A DNA stretch of 64,000 nt, taken from Promethearchaeota archaeon (lineage in GTDB: Archaea > Asgardarchaeota > Lokiarchaeia > Sigyniarchaeales > SOKP01). The notes under the pieces were generated by a model. It was not told where the DNA came from. It did not search any database and was given only the letters and a program-made list of their open reading frames with translations. Where the stretch lies: NCBI GenBank assembly GCA_048938855.1, contig JBHLLT010000010.1:43263-107262 (forward strand). Direction: 5' to 3'. This document shows, piece after piece, positions 29,343-39,468 of the stretch (position 1 is its first letter; every line of letters begins with the position of its first letter). Made by a program: the position numbers and the translations under genes.

Positions 29343-30071
29343 TTGGATATCGAAGAAAAAATTGATCAATACTTAAAAATCAGACGTGCATTGCAACCAG
29401 CAATTATTCCCAATGAATCTGCACTCATAATTATTGATATGCAAAATTATCAAGTCAAAGAAACATCACCCATTATAGAATGGGCTGAAAAAACGGTCCC
29501 TGGTCTATTTGATTATTTTGTTAAACAAATTGATGAAGTAGTAAATCCAAATATAAATCGATTAGTAGAATTCTTTCGAGCAAACAAAATCCCTATATTC
29601 TATACAAAGTTTGCAAGCTTTAGAAATGATCGAACAGATTATTCCAATAATATACGAGCTATTAATGAAATGTCCGAAAATATGATCGGTAAATATATAT
29701 TTCCATCTGTTCAAGATCCTCTTGCTGATATTATCCCTGAGTTAAAACCAGAAGAAAATGATATAATAGTAATAAAGACAACTAATGGAACATTTAGCTC
29801 AACAGATCTCGAGCATCAATTGAGGAATATAGGGATGAATACTGCAATAATTGTTGGGGTGGTTTCTCATATTTGTGTCGAGAATACTGCAAGAATAGCG
29901 TTTGATTTAGGATTTAACGTTTATTTAGTTGATGATGCATGTGCGGGATGGTCTCCAACTCTACATAATGCTGCTTTAAGAGGGATGGAATTATTCTTTG
30001 TAAGTATCATCTCTACAGAAGAACTTCTCAGAAGCCTAAATAAACAATTGAAAAAAAAGAATGAAAAATAA
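29343..30071 (+). CDS. Isochorismatase/cysteine hydrolase family
   Basis: IIDMQN, K, GVVSHICVENTAR (D-K-C triad). Confidence 0.9.
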   Translation: MDIEEKIDQYLKIRRALQPAIIPNESALIIIDMQNYQVKETSPIIEWAEKTVPGLFDYFVKQIDEVVNPNINRLVEFFRANKIPIFYTKFASFRNDRTDYSNNIRAINEMSENMIGKYIFPSVQDPLADIIPELKPEENDIIVIKTTNGTFSSTDLEHQLRNIGMNTAIIVGVVSHICVENTARIAFDLGFNVYLVDDACAGWSPTLHNAALRGMELFFVSIISTEELLRSLNKQLKKKNEK

Positions 30072-30120
30072 ATTACCTTCTAAAATTCTATTTTATCTAT
30101 TTTATATTAATAACATTATC

Positions 30121-30669
30121 TTATCCTTTAAGAGGATAGTCTAACCAAAAATCAATCAATAATGGTTCTCGTTCAAAATTAACAAGTGAAATTGATGTAG
30201 CTTGGATGAAAAATGGATTTTCTTCTGTAATCACAATTTTTTCTTTTATTATATCAAAAGCTTTATTAATTTCCTCCTTTTGGAGATACATTCCAAGTGT
30301 ACAATGTGGAACCCAGGTTAAAGGAGATATTCCACCTTCAAAATCCTTAAAAAGACTAAATATTTTCTGTTGAATATTTAAAAGTTCATTAGATGCTTTC
30401 GGATTTAAGAAGATTACGCTATTTTCAACGGGAAAATATCCAATACTACTTATTTGGATTTTGAGGGGTTTATTCTCAATAGAGAACAAAGTCAATCTTT
30501 CTTTCGCAGATTGAGAATTAATATTTTCATATATACTTAAAGTAATATGCGGTTTGTATTTGGGGTCATAATGCATAGACCCTATTTTTTTATCTTTAAA
30601 TTTTTTAAAAATTTGATGTATCGGAAACGAACTTTCATCATCAAAAGAAAGTACAATTGCATATGGCAT
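30121..30669 (-). CDS. 2H phosphoesterase (2'-5' RNA ligase family)
   Basis: PHITL and PHCTL motifs; start moved to ATG of MPYAIV (30667-30669) to avoid overlap with the divergent MBL gene. Confidence 0.85.
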   Translation of the reverse strand: MPYAIVLSFDDESSFPIHQIFKKFKDKKIGSMHYDPKYKPHITLSIYENINSQSAKERLTLFSIENKPLKIQISSIGYFPVENSVIFLNPKASNELLNIQQKIFSLFKDFEGGISPLTWVPHCTLGMYLQKEEINKAFDIIKEKIVITEENPFFIQATSISLVNFEREPLLIDFWLDYPLKG

Positions 30670-30725
30670 AATACCTAGTTTAATAAGACCAACTAATAAA
30701 TATTTTGGAGATTTACAAAAGTTGA

Positions 30726-31742
30726 ATGAAAGAAGTTTATCCTGATATTTTTTTAATAAAGCAAAAAGGGAGATTTGGAGCAATCAAACCCCCTGAAAAT
30801 TTATATGTTTTGGCTGGACCAGATGGAATTATATATGATGCGGGCTATGGAACCAAAAGAGCAGTTAAACAATTGGTTAAAGAACTAAAGGAAATTGAAA
30901 ATTATTACAGAAAACAAAAAAAAGAGTTCAATATTACACGAATTCTTGTTTCCCATTGTCATCCAGATCATTTTAGTGGATTAAAGCGAATAAGAAAGAA
31001 TCTTGGACTAAAAATTGTTTTAACAAAAAGAAGCAGTGAAATAATTAAAGATAAAAAAAGTTTTATTGAAACCTTTAGAACAGATGCTTATGAAGATTAT
31101 TTAAGAATCAGAAAAAGAGTCACCCGGAGAATTATTAATTCTTTAAGAAATGTGGGTTCAAGATTATTTTATCATGGGATATATGGAACCTCGTATATAG
31201 AATATCCAGATGAAATTATTGAAATTAACACCAATGTCATAATAAACGGAGAGAATTGGAAAATTTTTCCATCTCCCGGACACGCTATAGACCACATCTC
31301 TCTTTACAATCAAGAGAAAGGTATTCTATTCTCGGGTGATAATATCTTAAGGACTATAACTACGTGGTTAGGCCCTCCTAATTCTGATATTGCAGAGTAC
31401 ATGAGTACAATCAAAAATATTGAGAAATTGCCTAATCTTAAATTAATTCTATCTGCTCATGGGAGTCCTATAGAAAATCCACAGGAAAGAATAACAGAAA
31501 TTTTGACACATAGAGAAATTAGAGAGAAGAAAGTATTGGAAATAATATACAGCAAATCAACGAATGGTATTTCTCCAAAAGAACTTATTAGAGTTATTTA
31601 TCCTAATAATAGCAGGTTTCTCCATCAGGTAGCAAGAGGGTGGGTTGTATTAACTTTAAAAATGCTTGAAAATAAAAAGTTGATAAAAAGAGTAGATACA
31701 AAAAAGAAAGTACTATTTTTTCCAGAAGGAACAGAAAATTAA
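30726..31742 (+). CDS. Metallo-beta-lactamase-fold hydrolase with C-terminal winged helix
   Basis: SHCHPDHF, PGHA.DH, FSGD, SAHG. Confidence 0.9.
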   Translation: MKEVYPDIFLIKQKGRFGAIKPPENLYVLAGPDGIIYDAGYGTKRAVKQLVKELKEIENYYRKQKKEFNITRILVSHCHPDHFSGLKRIRKNLGLKIVLTKRSSEIIKDKKSFIETFRTDAYEDYLRIRKRVTRRIINSLRNVGSRLFYHGIYGTSYIEYPDEIIEINTNVIINGENWKIFPSPGHAIDHISLYNQEKGILFSGDNILRTITTWLGPPNSDIAEYMSTIKNIEKLPNLKLILSAHGSPIENPQERITEILTHREIREKKVLEIIYSKSTNGISPKELIRVIYPNNSRFLHQVARGWVVLTLKMLENKKLIKRVDTKKKVLFFPEGTEN

Positions 31743-31883
31743 GATTTTCTACAGGTTCAAGGAATTTATAAACTTATTTCTGAATTAATAATAAGTTTCT
31801 ATTTGAAAAAAGTAATTTTAATATTATATTAATCTTACAGCGATATTATTTTTAAAAGTACTTAATCTTGAGTAATTTTAAAT

Positions 31884-34037
31884 ATGAATGAAGAACACAG
31901 AGGATGTTTAAATGGGCCATTCTTGAAGGATAACCAAATCTTATATAGAGAGTATCAAAAAAATATTGCAAATAGTTGTAAAAATAAAAATTCATTAGTA
32001 ATTCTTCCAACCGGATTAGGAAAAACTATAATTGGCATTCTGTTAATAGCAAATCGGCTAATAAAATATTCAAATGCGAAAATAATTATTCTTGCTCCTA
32101 CACGACCACTAGTATCACAGCACAGAGATTCATGTGAGAAATTTCTTGATATTGATGTTAATGAAATTGCCTTATTTACCGGAAAAATACCTCCTGAAAA
32201 AAGAATTCTATTATTTCAAAATTCTAAAATTATTATTTCTACTCCTCAAGTAATAAAAAATGATTTAATGAGAGGTAGATATGACTTAACAAAAGTTTCA
32301 TTAATAATTTTTGATGAAGCCCATAAAACCAAAGGAAATTACGCCTATAACATAATTTCAGAAGAATATATTAACACTTGCACAGATCCATTAATATTAG
32401 GACTTACAGCTTCCCCTGGAAAGAATTATGAACGAATTCAGGAAATTTGTGATAATCTCTTCATCGAAAATATTGTCTTTAAAAATTATGAAGATAAAGA
32501 TGTAAAAGACTATATTCATGACATTGACACTTTCATTAATTTCATAGATTTACCTGTCAAAATACGAGAATTAAGCTCAGTTTGGTATAATTTATTTGAA
32601 ACCTTTTTAAAATGGTTTATCAAAAACAAACTAATTGCCCCCAATAAGCCATATTACTCTAAATTGGATTTCTTAGGAATTGCCCGAGATTTAACTTTAT
32701 CTATACAATATGAAAAGGGAGAAGGTATAGAACTATCAGAAGATGAATACTTAGAGGCATTGTATTATAACTCGCCTCGGATCATTGATATTGTTAAGGA
32801 ATACCAACTTGATATCCCCACTATATATTCATATTGTTCAAGTTGTATATCTATACTCCATGCCAAAGATTTATTAGAAACACAGGACATTTCTCTTTTT
32901 AAATCGTTTTTAGACAAAATTCTTTATAAAGCGAATAAAGATATCTTATCTGCTAAAAGAATTACAAATTCAGAGCATTTTGCCTATGTAAATTCCGTAA
33001 TAGAAAGCGAAGAAAATATAAATTTATCTCATCCTAAATTGAAAAAGACAATATCAATAATCAAAGACGAACTTGAAGAATTTAACAATAAAAAAATACT
33101 TGTTTTCACACAATTTCGAGAAATGGCAGAACTTCTAAAGAATTTATTACAAACTGAATTTGAGGGACAACTTAAAATTGAAAAATTCATTGGCCAAGCA
33201 ACTAAGATGGATGATAATGGATTTCCCCAAAATTTACAGATAGAACTTTTAAAACAGTTCAGAGAAGGATTGATTAATATATTGGTCGCAACAAGTGTGG
33301 CTGAAGAAGGGTTAGATATTCCCAATGTAGATGCCATTATTTTTTTTGAACCTGTTCCTTCAGAAATCAGATTAATTCAAAGGAGAGGAAGAACAGGTAG
33401 ATACGCCCCAGGTAGATGTTATATACTTGTAACTGAAGACTCCGTTGATATTCCTTTTTATATTGTAGCTAGAAGGAAAGAGAAAACAATGAACATAGTT
33501 CTTTCTAATCCTAAACAATTGAGCCTAATTAAAGAATTAAACCGGAAAAATATTAAATTTGCTAATGAAAAACTACATTGCTCAGAAGTAGAAATAATTA
33601 AAAATTTCAGAGAAAGAAAAGAACAGGAGAAAGAAAAATTAGCTAATCGATCTATAGAAGAAATTATCTCTCAATTAGATGAATTCTGTGAGAGTAAAGA
33701 ATATAGCTCTTTTAAACAATGCGGTGTGACATTTTACTCAGATTTAGTAAAATTTAACGAATTTGACCTGAGAAAAAAAATAATTAAAATGAAATCACTT
33801 AAAACCAAGAAATCTACAGTACAAAAAAAAAATTTAAATAAAAATTTAAAAGCTTTAATAAATATAGTTAAAATTTATGGCAGAAATGGACTCTTAGATT
33901 ATGATAAATTTCAAGAATTAGCTCGTGATGAAGATATTATTGATCATAAATTTCATATCCATTTTAATCAAGCGTGTTTTTTAGGATATCTTAAGAAATC
34001 TGAGAATCGTGTGCAATTCATAATGGATTATGACTGA
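31884..34037 (+). CDS. Hef/FANCM/Mph1-like SF2 DNA helicase (no ERCC4 nuclease domain seen)
   Basis: REYQ, PTGLGKT, PTRPLV.QH, DEAH, TASPG, ATSVAEEGLDIP, IQRRGRTGR. Confidence 0.9.
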   Translation: MNEEHRGCLNGPFLKDNQILYREYQKNIANSCKNKNSLVILPTGLGKTIIGILLIANRLIKYSNAKIIILAPTRPLVSQHRDSCEKFLDIDVNEIALFTGKIPPEKRILLFQNSKIIISTPQVIKNDLMRGRYDLTKVSLIIFDEAHKTKGNYAYNIISEEYINTCTDPLILGLTASPGKNYERIQEICDNLFIENIVFKNYEDKDVKDYIHDIDTFINFIDLPVKIRELSSVWYNLFETFLKWFIKNKLIAPNKPYYSKLDFLGIARDLTLSIQYEKGEGIELSEDEYLEALYYNSPRIIDIVKEYQLDIPTIYSYCSSCISILHAKDLLETQDISLFKSFLDKILYKANKDILSAKRITNSEHFAYVNSVIESEENINLSHPKLKKTISIIKDELEEFNNKKILVFTQFREMAELLKNLLQTEFEGQLKIEKFIGQATKMDDNGFPQNLQIELLKQFREGLINILVATSVAEEGLDIPNVDAIIFFEPVPSEIRLIQRRGRTGRYAPGRCYILVTEDSVDIPFYIVARRKEKTMNIVLSNPKQLSLIKELNRKNIKFANEKLHCSEVEIIKNFRERKEQEKEKLANRSIEEIISQLDEFCESKEYSSFKQCGVTFYSDLVKFNEFDLRKKIIKMKSLKTKKSTVQKKNLNKNLKALINIVKIYGRNGLLDYDKFQELARDEDIIDHKFHIHFNQACFLGYLKKSENRVQFIMDYD

Positions 34038-34069
34038 AGAGTATAATAAAATAATGAAATAATACTCAA

Positions 34070-37000
34070 TTATTTTATCTTTTCTTCCTTTGTTCTTCTT
34101 AAATAATAAACTAAAACAAAAGCAGTAACCAAAATTGGAAATGCAAAAACAGTAGGGTTACCTCCACTAAATATAAATAAATAATATGTAATTGCGATAA
34201 TTGAGGAAAAGAAAGCTATTATTCCGCCATATTGACTCGCAAAATTTCTTAAATTCCGTTTTAACATTTGAAGTTTATAATTACTACTTTTAATTACTTC
34301 TATTTCAGTTTCATCTAATTCATCTAATATTTCTGGATTTTCGAAATAGATCGAAAATCTTGGATCGAACTTACCTTTTAATTCTCCTTCACTGATAAGA
34401 TATAACAAATGATCTTGAACGTTTTGCTTTTTAATTTTTAATTCATTATTTAGAAATCCTAATGTTAAATATCCATTCGCAACTGCCTTAATTGTCATAT
34501 CTATATATGATTTTAATATTAAACGTTCAAGATTTCTAACTTTTTCAGCTAAAATCTCTGAATAATCATCAATAAACTTATTAAAGTCATCTAGTATAAA
34601 TTTTGATGTTTGATTAAAATTCTTTGATAGTTTAGTAAATTCCTTAATTTTATTATCAACAATTTTGAGGATATCCTTAATCTCTAATTCAATGCTCTTT
34701 GCTCTTTTTTGAATTAAAACATTACATTTCTTGAATTCTTTGATTTCTATATTATCTTCTACTTTTCTTTCTAAATTACCAAGCAATTGACTCAAATGAA
34801 TCTTCTTTTTATTAATAAGGTTTACCAATTGCTCTCTAAATGACTCATTTTTCATCAAGTTTAAATAATCATTAATCTTCTGTGTTTTATTATTAAAAAG
34901 GTTAATAAATTCATTTTTTGATTTTACATATAATTCTCTTATCTCTGGTACTAATTTGCTTGAATCACCAGATTTATTAAGTAGTATATTTATTTTTTCT
35001 TCGATTTTATTTTGAGATTTTTTCAATTCTTCATTAATTTTTTGTTGATTACTTTCAAAATTTTCTTGAATTTTTAGGTAGTTATCATAGCCTTCCGTTT
35101 CTTTGAAGACTTTATCAAAATGTGCTTTTAATTCGATGGTGAGTGAATTGAATTGTTGATTAATGAAGCTTTGCATTTCATTATGCATCTTTAGACTCTT
35201 TTTTATTTTATTTATAGCAGCTCTTTCATTTTCTAAAATTGATTCAAAATTATTTTTGGTTTCAACGAACTCGTCTCTCTCTTGATTAATTTTAAGTTCC
35301 TGTACTTTTTGATGGAACTGTTTGGGGAGCACATCTTCAAAAATTCTTAAATCATTAATTCTATTTTGAAGTTCTAGCATATTGATGTTCAAAGTCAGGT
35401 TTCTAATGCTTGAATCGTACAAGGTTAAAATTTTACCCACTTTCTCTCTATTAAATTTTAGTAAATTATTATCGATATAATTCTTGAGTTCTTTATTTAG
35501 ATAATAATCATCAGTATATACTAAGATGGATTTGTCTTCTTCATTAAGTTCTGCATTGATTTTCGAAACATCAATCATATCCTTTAATCTACTTATAAGA
35601 ACTTTGCAAGATAATTCTACTTCATCCTTTAAGTCGACTAATTTAATGTTATTTGTTTTTTTCTCAATAGCCATTATAATCAATTTTGATGAAATAATTC
35701 GATTGATATACTCATCTTTTAAAATAGAGATTTCATTAAGAAAGAAATCACTAAATTTCTCCCATTGAATTATGCTAAGTTCTGATTTTTCCTTAAAATT
35801 ATCAATATTCTTATTACAATCATTTAATTTTTTCACGTAGATTTTGTCTATTCTATTATAATCACTTTTTAACTGGTCAAATTTCTTTATAGCATCGTCT
35901 ATTGTTAAATTGTGAGATAAATTTAAATTATTTTTTGTATCTTTCAATTGAGATTTGAGATTAGATATATTTTGAGAAGTAAAATTATCAAAATCTTCTA
36001 ATTTACTTCGATTTCTTTCTTCAATGATCTTATTTTTTAAAACTTTTACCTGGTTAGCAAATAATTCAATCGCATTGGACTCTAATAGGTCCAACTTATC
36101 TTGTAAATGCCGATGAAGAACGTAGAGTTTTTGTTTTTTCTTAATTTCTTGTTTAACTGCTGATTGAAGTTCTTTAATTTCACTTAATCTCTTATTTAAT
36201 AATAGATCAGTCTCTTTTTTAGTAATATTAAAAGCTTCGTGAAAGGCAGTTTCTAAAATCTTGCTTTTTGCTTTATTATTGATTTCTATTATATCAAGTT
36301 TAATCTGTTCATTTATTTCTTCAATTTTTTGTATATTAGTGTTGAAAAATTGAAAACCATCAATATAATAATTGAATTCGATATTGAAATGCTCCTTGAC
36401 CCTTACCCAATTATCTATAATCTTCTTATGTTTCCTAACTATTTTCTTTTCCTTAGTGGTGACTTTTTGGGAAACATTGTAAATGATATTATCATATTTT
36501 TTTACGTTTTGAGAAATGTTGTCTAATTCCTGTATAATAAGGTTCAATTGGGCATTATCAAATTCTTTTTCAAAAGTTTCACTAAAAATCTTTCTGAAAG
36601 AATCCAGTCTTTTTTGTAAATCTTCTTCAATAATCCCAACTTTTTCTTTTAAATTTTCTAACAAGTCATTTAAATTTCTTAAATCTTCTTTTTCTTGTAT
36701 TTTACTTTGAAGATATGCTCCAACATCTGATAATTTCTTCTGCAAAACAGAATATAATTTGTTCCATTGAGCAATCTCAGCCCCTAAACTTGCTTGGATG
36801 TTGATATATTTAAGAATTTCATTAAAAGAACTTTCGATATTTTCATTTAAAAAATCCGCTTCCATTAATGCGTCTCTTAATATAAATTTTAATCTGTCTT
36901 TAGCATATTCAATTTCATTAATCAAAAGATAACTTTCAATTTCTTCTTTTATTTGGGAAATAACTCCGTTTAGTTTTAAAGTCAAATTATATATGTCGTT

Positions 37001-38476
37001 CCTAATATCTTCAAGTTTCTCTTTTTCTTCATATAATTTTTCTGTATTTAAGTTCATATCAGAGATAATAATTCTCTTTAAAAGATAGTTCAAATAAAAC
37101 AAGTATTTTGTTTTAAAGCCTAAAAAAACTTTTTTTGTTCTAATATTTCCAATAAAAAACCTTTTCTCAACCATATCTTTGATGATTGGAAAGATTTCTT
37201 CTCTTAATCTTATTGGTTCATTATTAATAAGTCTATATCTCCTAGAAAGATCTGTTAAAGAAATTATACTATTATTTTTGAGTTTCTCATAGAAAATTTC
37301 CAAAAATTTTTTTTTCCCTTGGCTAAGAGTATTTATATAATTCTTAAATTCAACTTCATTGTCTACAATCTGCAAATTAAAGGTATAGTTAAGGTTAATG
37401 TAAGATAAAATATCTCCAATATATTCTGTAAACCCAAAAGTAGTCTTTAATTGATTAACATCTATATAATTTTCTTTCTCTATTTGTTTAAATATTACTC
37501 TCTCAATTTCATCAATGAATTTTCTCCAAATTAAGGATAAAAGAGCAACTAGTTTAGAAACTTCTTTTAGTTTAAGAGTCTCCCGATTCTCTTGAAGACT
37601 TAATATTTCTCCTAATTTCTGATTGATATATGAATATATTCCAGTAGGATTATAGCTTAATAGCCATGAATACACTTCAAGCGTATAACCCATCCAGAAG
37701 GTTGTGTCAATCTTATCATCTTGATTAAAACTAAATCCTCCACTTTCATTTTGTTGTTGTTGGAGGAATTGTAATTCTTTGTCTTTTACTTCATATTCAA
37801 GATCTAAGTATTTAAGACATAAAAGTCTAAAAACTAATGCAGAATCTTTTTTTCTATCATTAAGAAATGAACGAAACTGGTCTCTATAATTACGGACATC
37901 AATTCCTAAGAGCGAAAAGATTTCCAACACGTAATACAAAATTTTCGCAGGATGGCAATTTTTACAGATTTCACACTCCTTTTTCAAACAATGTAGAAAT
38001 TTATTACCTTGCTTATGTGCTAAAACAAAATTTTTAATTTCTAATTTAATTTGGGTTTGTTTCTCAGAAAAAAGATACTCTTTTAGAAGACCAAGGATAT
38101 TAAGGCAAGATAATGCTAAATAAGTAGAATAAATATCAGGAAGCTCATCAGAATAAGGAGACAATTTGAAACCCACGCTTTCATATTGAGAAACTTCACA
38201 ATTCTTTATAAATTTAAATATTTCTTCTCTATTAGCTATTTTATCTTCTTTAAGATATTTTCGAAGCAAAAGAAACCAAAAAATTGTTTCTAAATTTAAT
38301 TGAGATGTAGTTAATAGATTTTCATTAAAGTATTGATAGTAATTAATTAATTCATTATAATTTTTAAAGTAAAAACTTTTGATTTCTTTTCTTTTTAAAG
38401 TTATGAATGATTTAAAAGGCTCTTTTTTAAATTGCGTAATATAAGGATAAGCAAATTTATCATCCATAGAAGTCAA
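34070..38476 (-). CDS. 1468-aa protein: prenyltransferase/terpene-cyclase-like alpha-alpha barrel, long coiled coil, PCI-like winged helices, two C-terminal TM helices
   Basis: GF..SP....PDIYSTYLALSCL and QQNESGGF......DTTFW repeats; heptad-rich middle; LISEGELKGKFDP; hydrophobic C-terminal hairpin. Confidence 0.7.
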   Translation of the reverse strand: MTSMDDKFAYPYITQFKKEPFKSFITLKRKEIKSFYFKNYNELINYYQYFNENLLTTSQLNLETIFWFLLLRKYLKEDKIANREEIFKFIKNCEVSQYESVGFKLSPYSDELPDIYSTYLALSCLNILGLLKEYLFSEKQTQIKLEIKNFVLAHKQGNKFLHCLKKECEICKNCHPAKILYYVLEIFSLLGIDVRNYRDQFRSFLNDRKKDSALVFRLLCLKYLDLEYEVKDKELQFLQQQQNESGGFSFNQDDKIDTTFWMGYTLEVYSWLLSYNPTGIYSYINQKLGEILSLQENRETLKLKEVSKLVALLSLIWRKFIDEIERVIFKQIEKENYIDVNQLKTTFGFTEYIGDILSYINLNYTFNLQIVDNEVEFKNYINTLSQGKKKFLEIFYEKLKNNSIISLTDLSRRYRLINNEPIRLREEIFPIIKDMVEKRFFIGNIRTKKVFLGFKTKYLFYLNYLLKRIIISDMNLNTEKLYEEKEKLEDIRNDIYNLTLKLNGVISQIKEEIESYLLINEIEYAKDRLKFILRDALMEADFLNENIESSFNEILKYINIQASLGAEIAQWNKLYSVLQKKLSDVGAYLQSKIQEKEDLRNLNDLLENLKEKVGIIEEDLQKRLDSFRKIFSETFEKEFDNAQLNLIIQELDNISQNVKKYDNIIYNVSQKVTTKEKKIVRKHKKIIDNWVRVKEHFNIEFNYYIDGFQFFNTNIQKIEEINEQIKLDIIEINNKAKSKILETAFHEAFNITKKETDLLLNKRLSEIKELQSAVKQEIKKKQKLYVLHRHLQDKLDLLESNAIELFANQVKVLKNKIIEERNRSKLEDFDNFTSQNISNLKSQLKDTKNNLNLSHNLTIDDAIKKFDQLKSDYNRIDKIYVKKLNDCNKNIDNFKEKSELSIIQWEKFSDFFLNEISILKDEYINRIISSKLIIMAIEKKTNNIKLVDLKDEVELSCKVLISRLKDMIDVSKINAELNEEDKSILVYTDDYYLNKELKNYIDNNLLKFNREKVGKILTLYDSSIRNLTLNINMLELQNRINDLRIFEDVLPKQFHQKVQELKINQERDEFVETKNNFESILENERAAINKIKKSLKMHNEMQSFINQQFNSLTIELKAHFDKVFKETEGYDNYLKIQENFESNQQKINEELKKSQNKIEEKINILLNKSGDSSKLVPEIRELYVKSKNEFINLFNNKTQKINDYLNLMKNESFREQLVNLINKKKIHLSQLLGNLERKVEDNIEIKEFKKCNVLIQKRAKSIELEIKDILKIVDNKIKEFTKLSKNFNQTSKFILDDFNKFIDDYSEILAEKVRNLERLILKSYIDMTIKAVANGYLTLGFLNNELKIKKQNVQDHLLYLISEGELKGKFDPRFSIYFENPEILDELDETEIEVIKSSNYKLQMLKRNLRNFASQYGGIIAFFSSIIAITYYLFIFSGGNPTVFAFPILVTAFVLVYYLRRTKEEKIK

Positions 38477-38680
38477 TATCTAAATTACTCCTAAAACGTA
38501 ATTTTATGTTTTGTTATTAATGAAAATTTTGACATTTATTCTTTTGGAATTAATAATAGCTTATTTAATAACATTTGTAAATAAAGAGTTTTGAGAAATC
38601 TCTTATATTTTTGGTAACTCAAAAACTAATTATTATTTAATATACCATGTAAAAAGGAATTTTGTTTAATATTCATAAGT

Positions 38681-39322
38681 TCATTTATTATCTTTTAACT
38701 CTTTACCTGCTACTTTCCGAAATATTTTTCTATTTAAATAAACTATTATTCCAGCAAACAACAAGCATACTATTATAAGATAGAGAAAAATATTTAAAAT
38801 GCCTGGAGACTCTCCTGGCACATTTAAATAAATGTAAATTTCTCCACTCATTCCAAGGTTATAATTTGATGAAGAATCTATAGCTATAATTTGGAGGATA
38901 TAAACGGTATAGAATTTATTTGGATATAAACTAATATTATCCCAATTAAAATTCCATTGGTTTCCTCCCATAAAACTCATTGAAGCATTAAATAAAAAAG
39001 TAGAGAAATTTGAGAGTTGAAAGGTTACATTTCCAAAAAGAGGGGGATTCTCATCTGTGATATTTATAATTATTGTATAAGATTTTATCCTAATTATGGT
39101 ATTATTTATTTCTGGTTGAATAAATGTTATTACAGGTGCTGTAGTATCATTACTAGGACCTTGGGAAATATATAATATATGGTTATTTCTAATGTGGTCA
39201 AAATTATCTTCCTGATTATTAAAAGCAGCGTATATTTGATAATTAATTGTAGTAAATAATATTATAAAAAATATTAATTTAAAAAGTAGCACTTGATTTT
39301 GCTTTTTATGTGGTACGACCAT
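38681..39322 (-). CDS. Membrane-anchored extracellular Ig-like domain protein
   Basis: N-terminal hydrophobic segment, DTTAPVITFI.P, W.F.WD, Y.LQI.A.D, C-terminal TM plus basic tail; many N-x-S/T sequons. Confidence 0.75.
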   Translation of the reverse strand: MVVPHKKQNQVLLFKLIFFIILFTTINYQIYAAFNNQEDNFDHIRNNHILYISQGPSNDTTAPVITFIQPEINNTIIRIKSYTIIINITDENPPLFGNVTFQLSNFSTFLFNASMSFMGGNQWNFNWDNISLYPNKFYTVYILQIIAIDSSSNYNLGMSGEIYIYLNVPGESPGILNIFLYLIIVCLLFAGIIVYLNRKIFRKVAGKELKDNK

Positions 39323-39468
39323 AATTACCCACTATTTACACTTACTATTTTAGAATAAATTCTAATTAAAATATAAATTTAAGTGAAGAATTTAGCACGT
39401 TATTAGAATTCAATGAAGTTTCGAAGAATTATTTGTACATTTTATTATAAAATTAAAAAAAGAAATTT

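Noticed and set aside
30670-30783. N-terminal extension of the 2H phosphoesterase in the ORF track
   Set aside because: Overlaps the divergent MBL gene; MPYAIV is a more natural start
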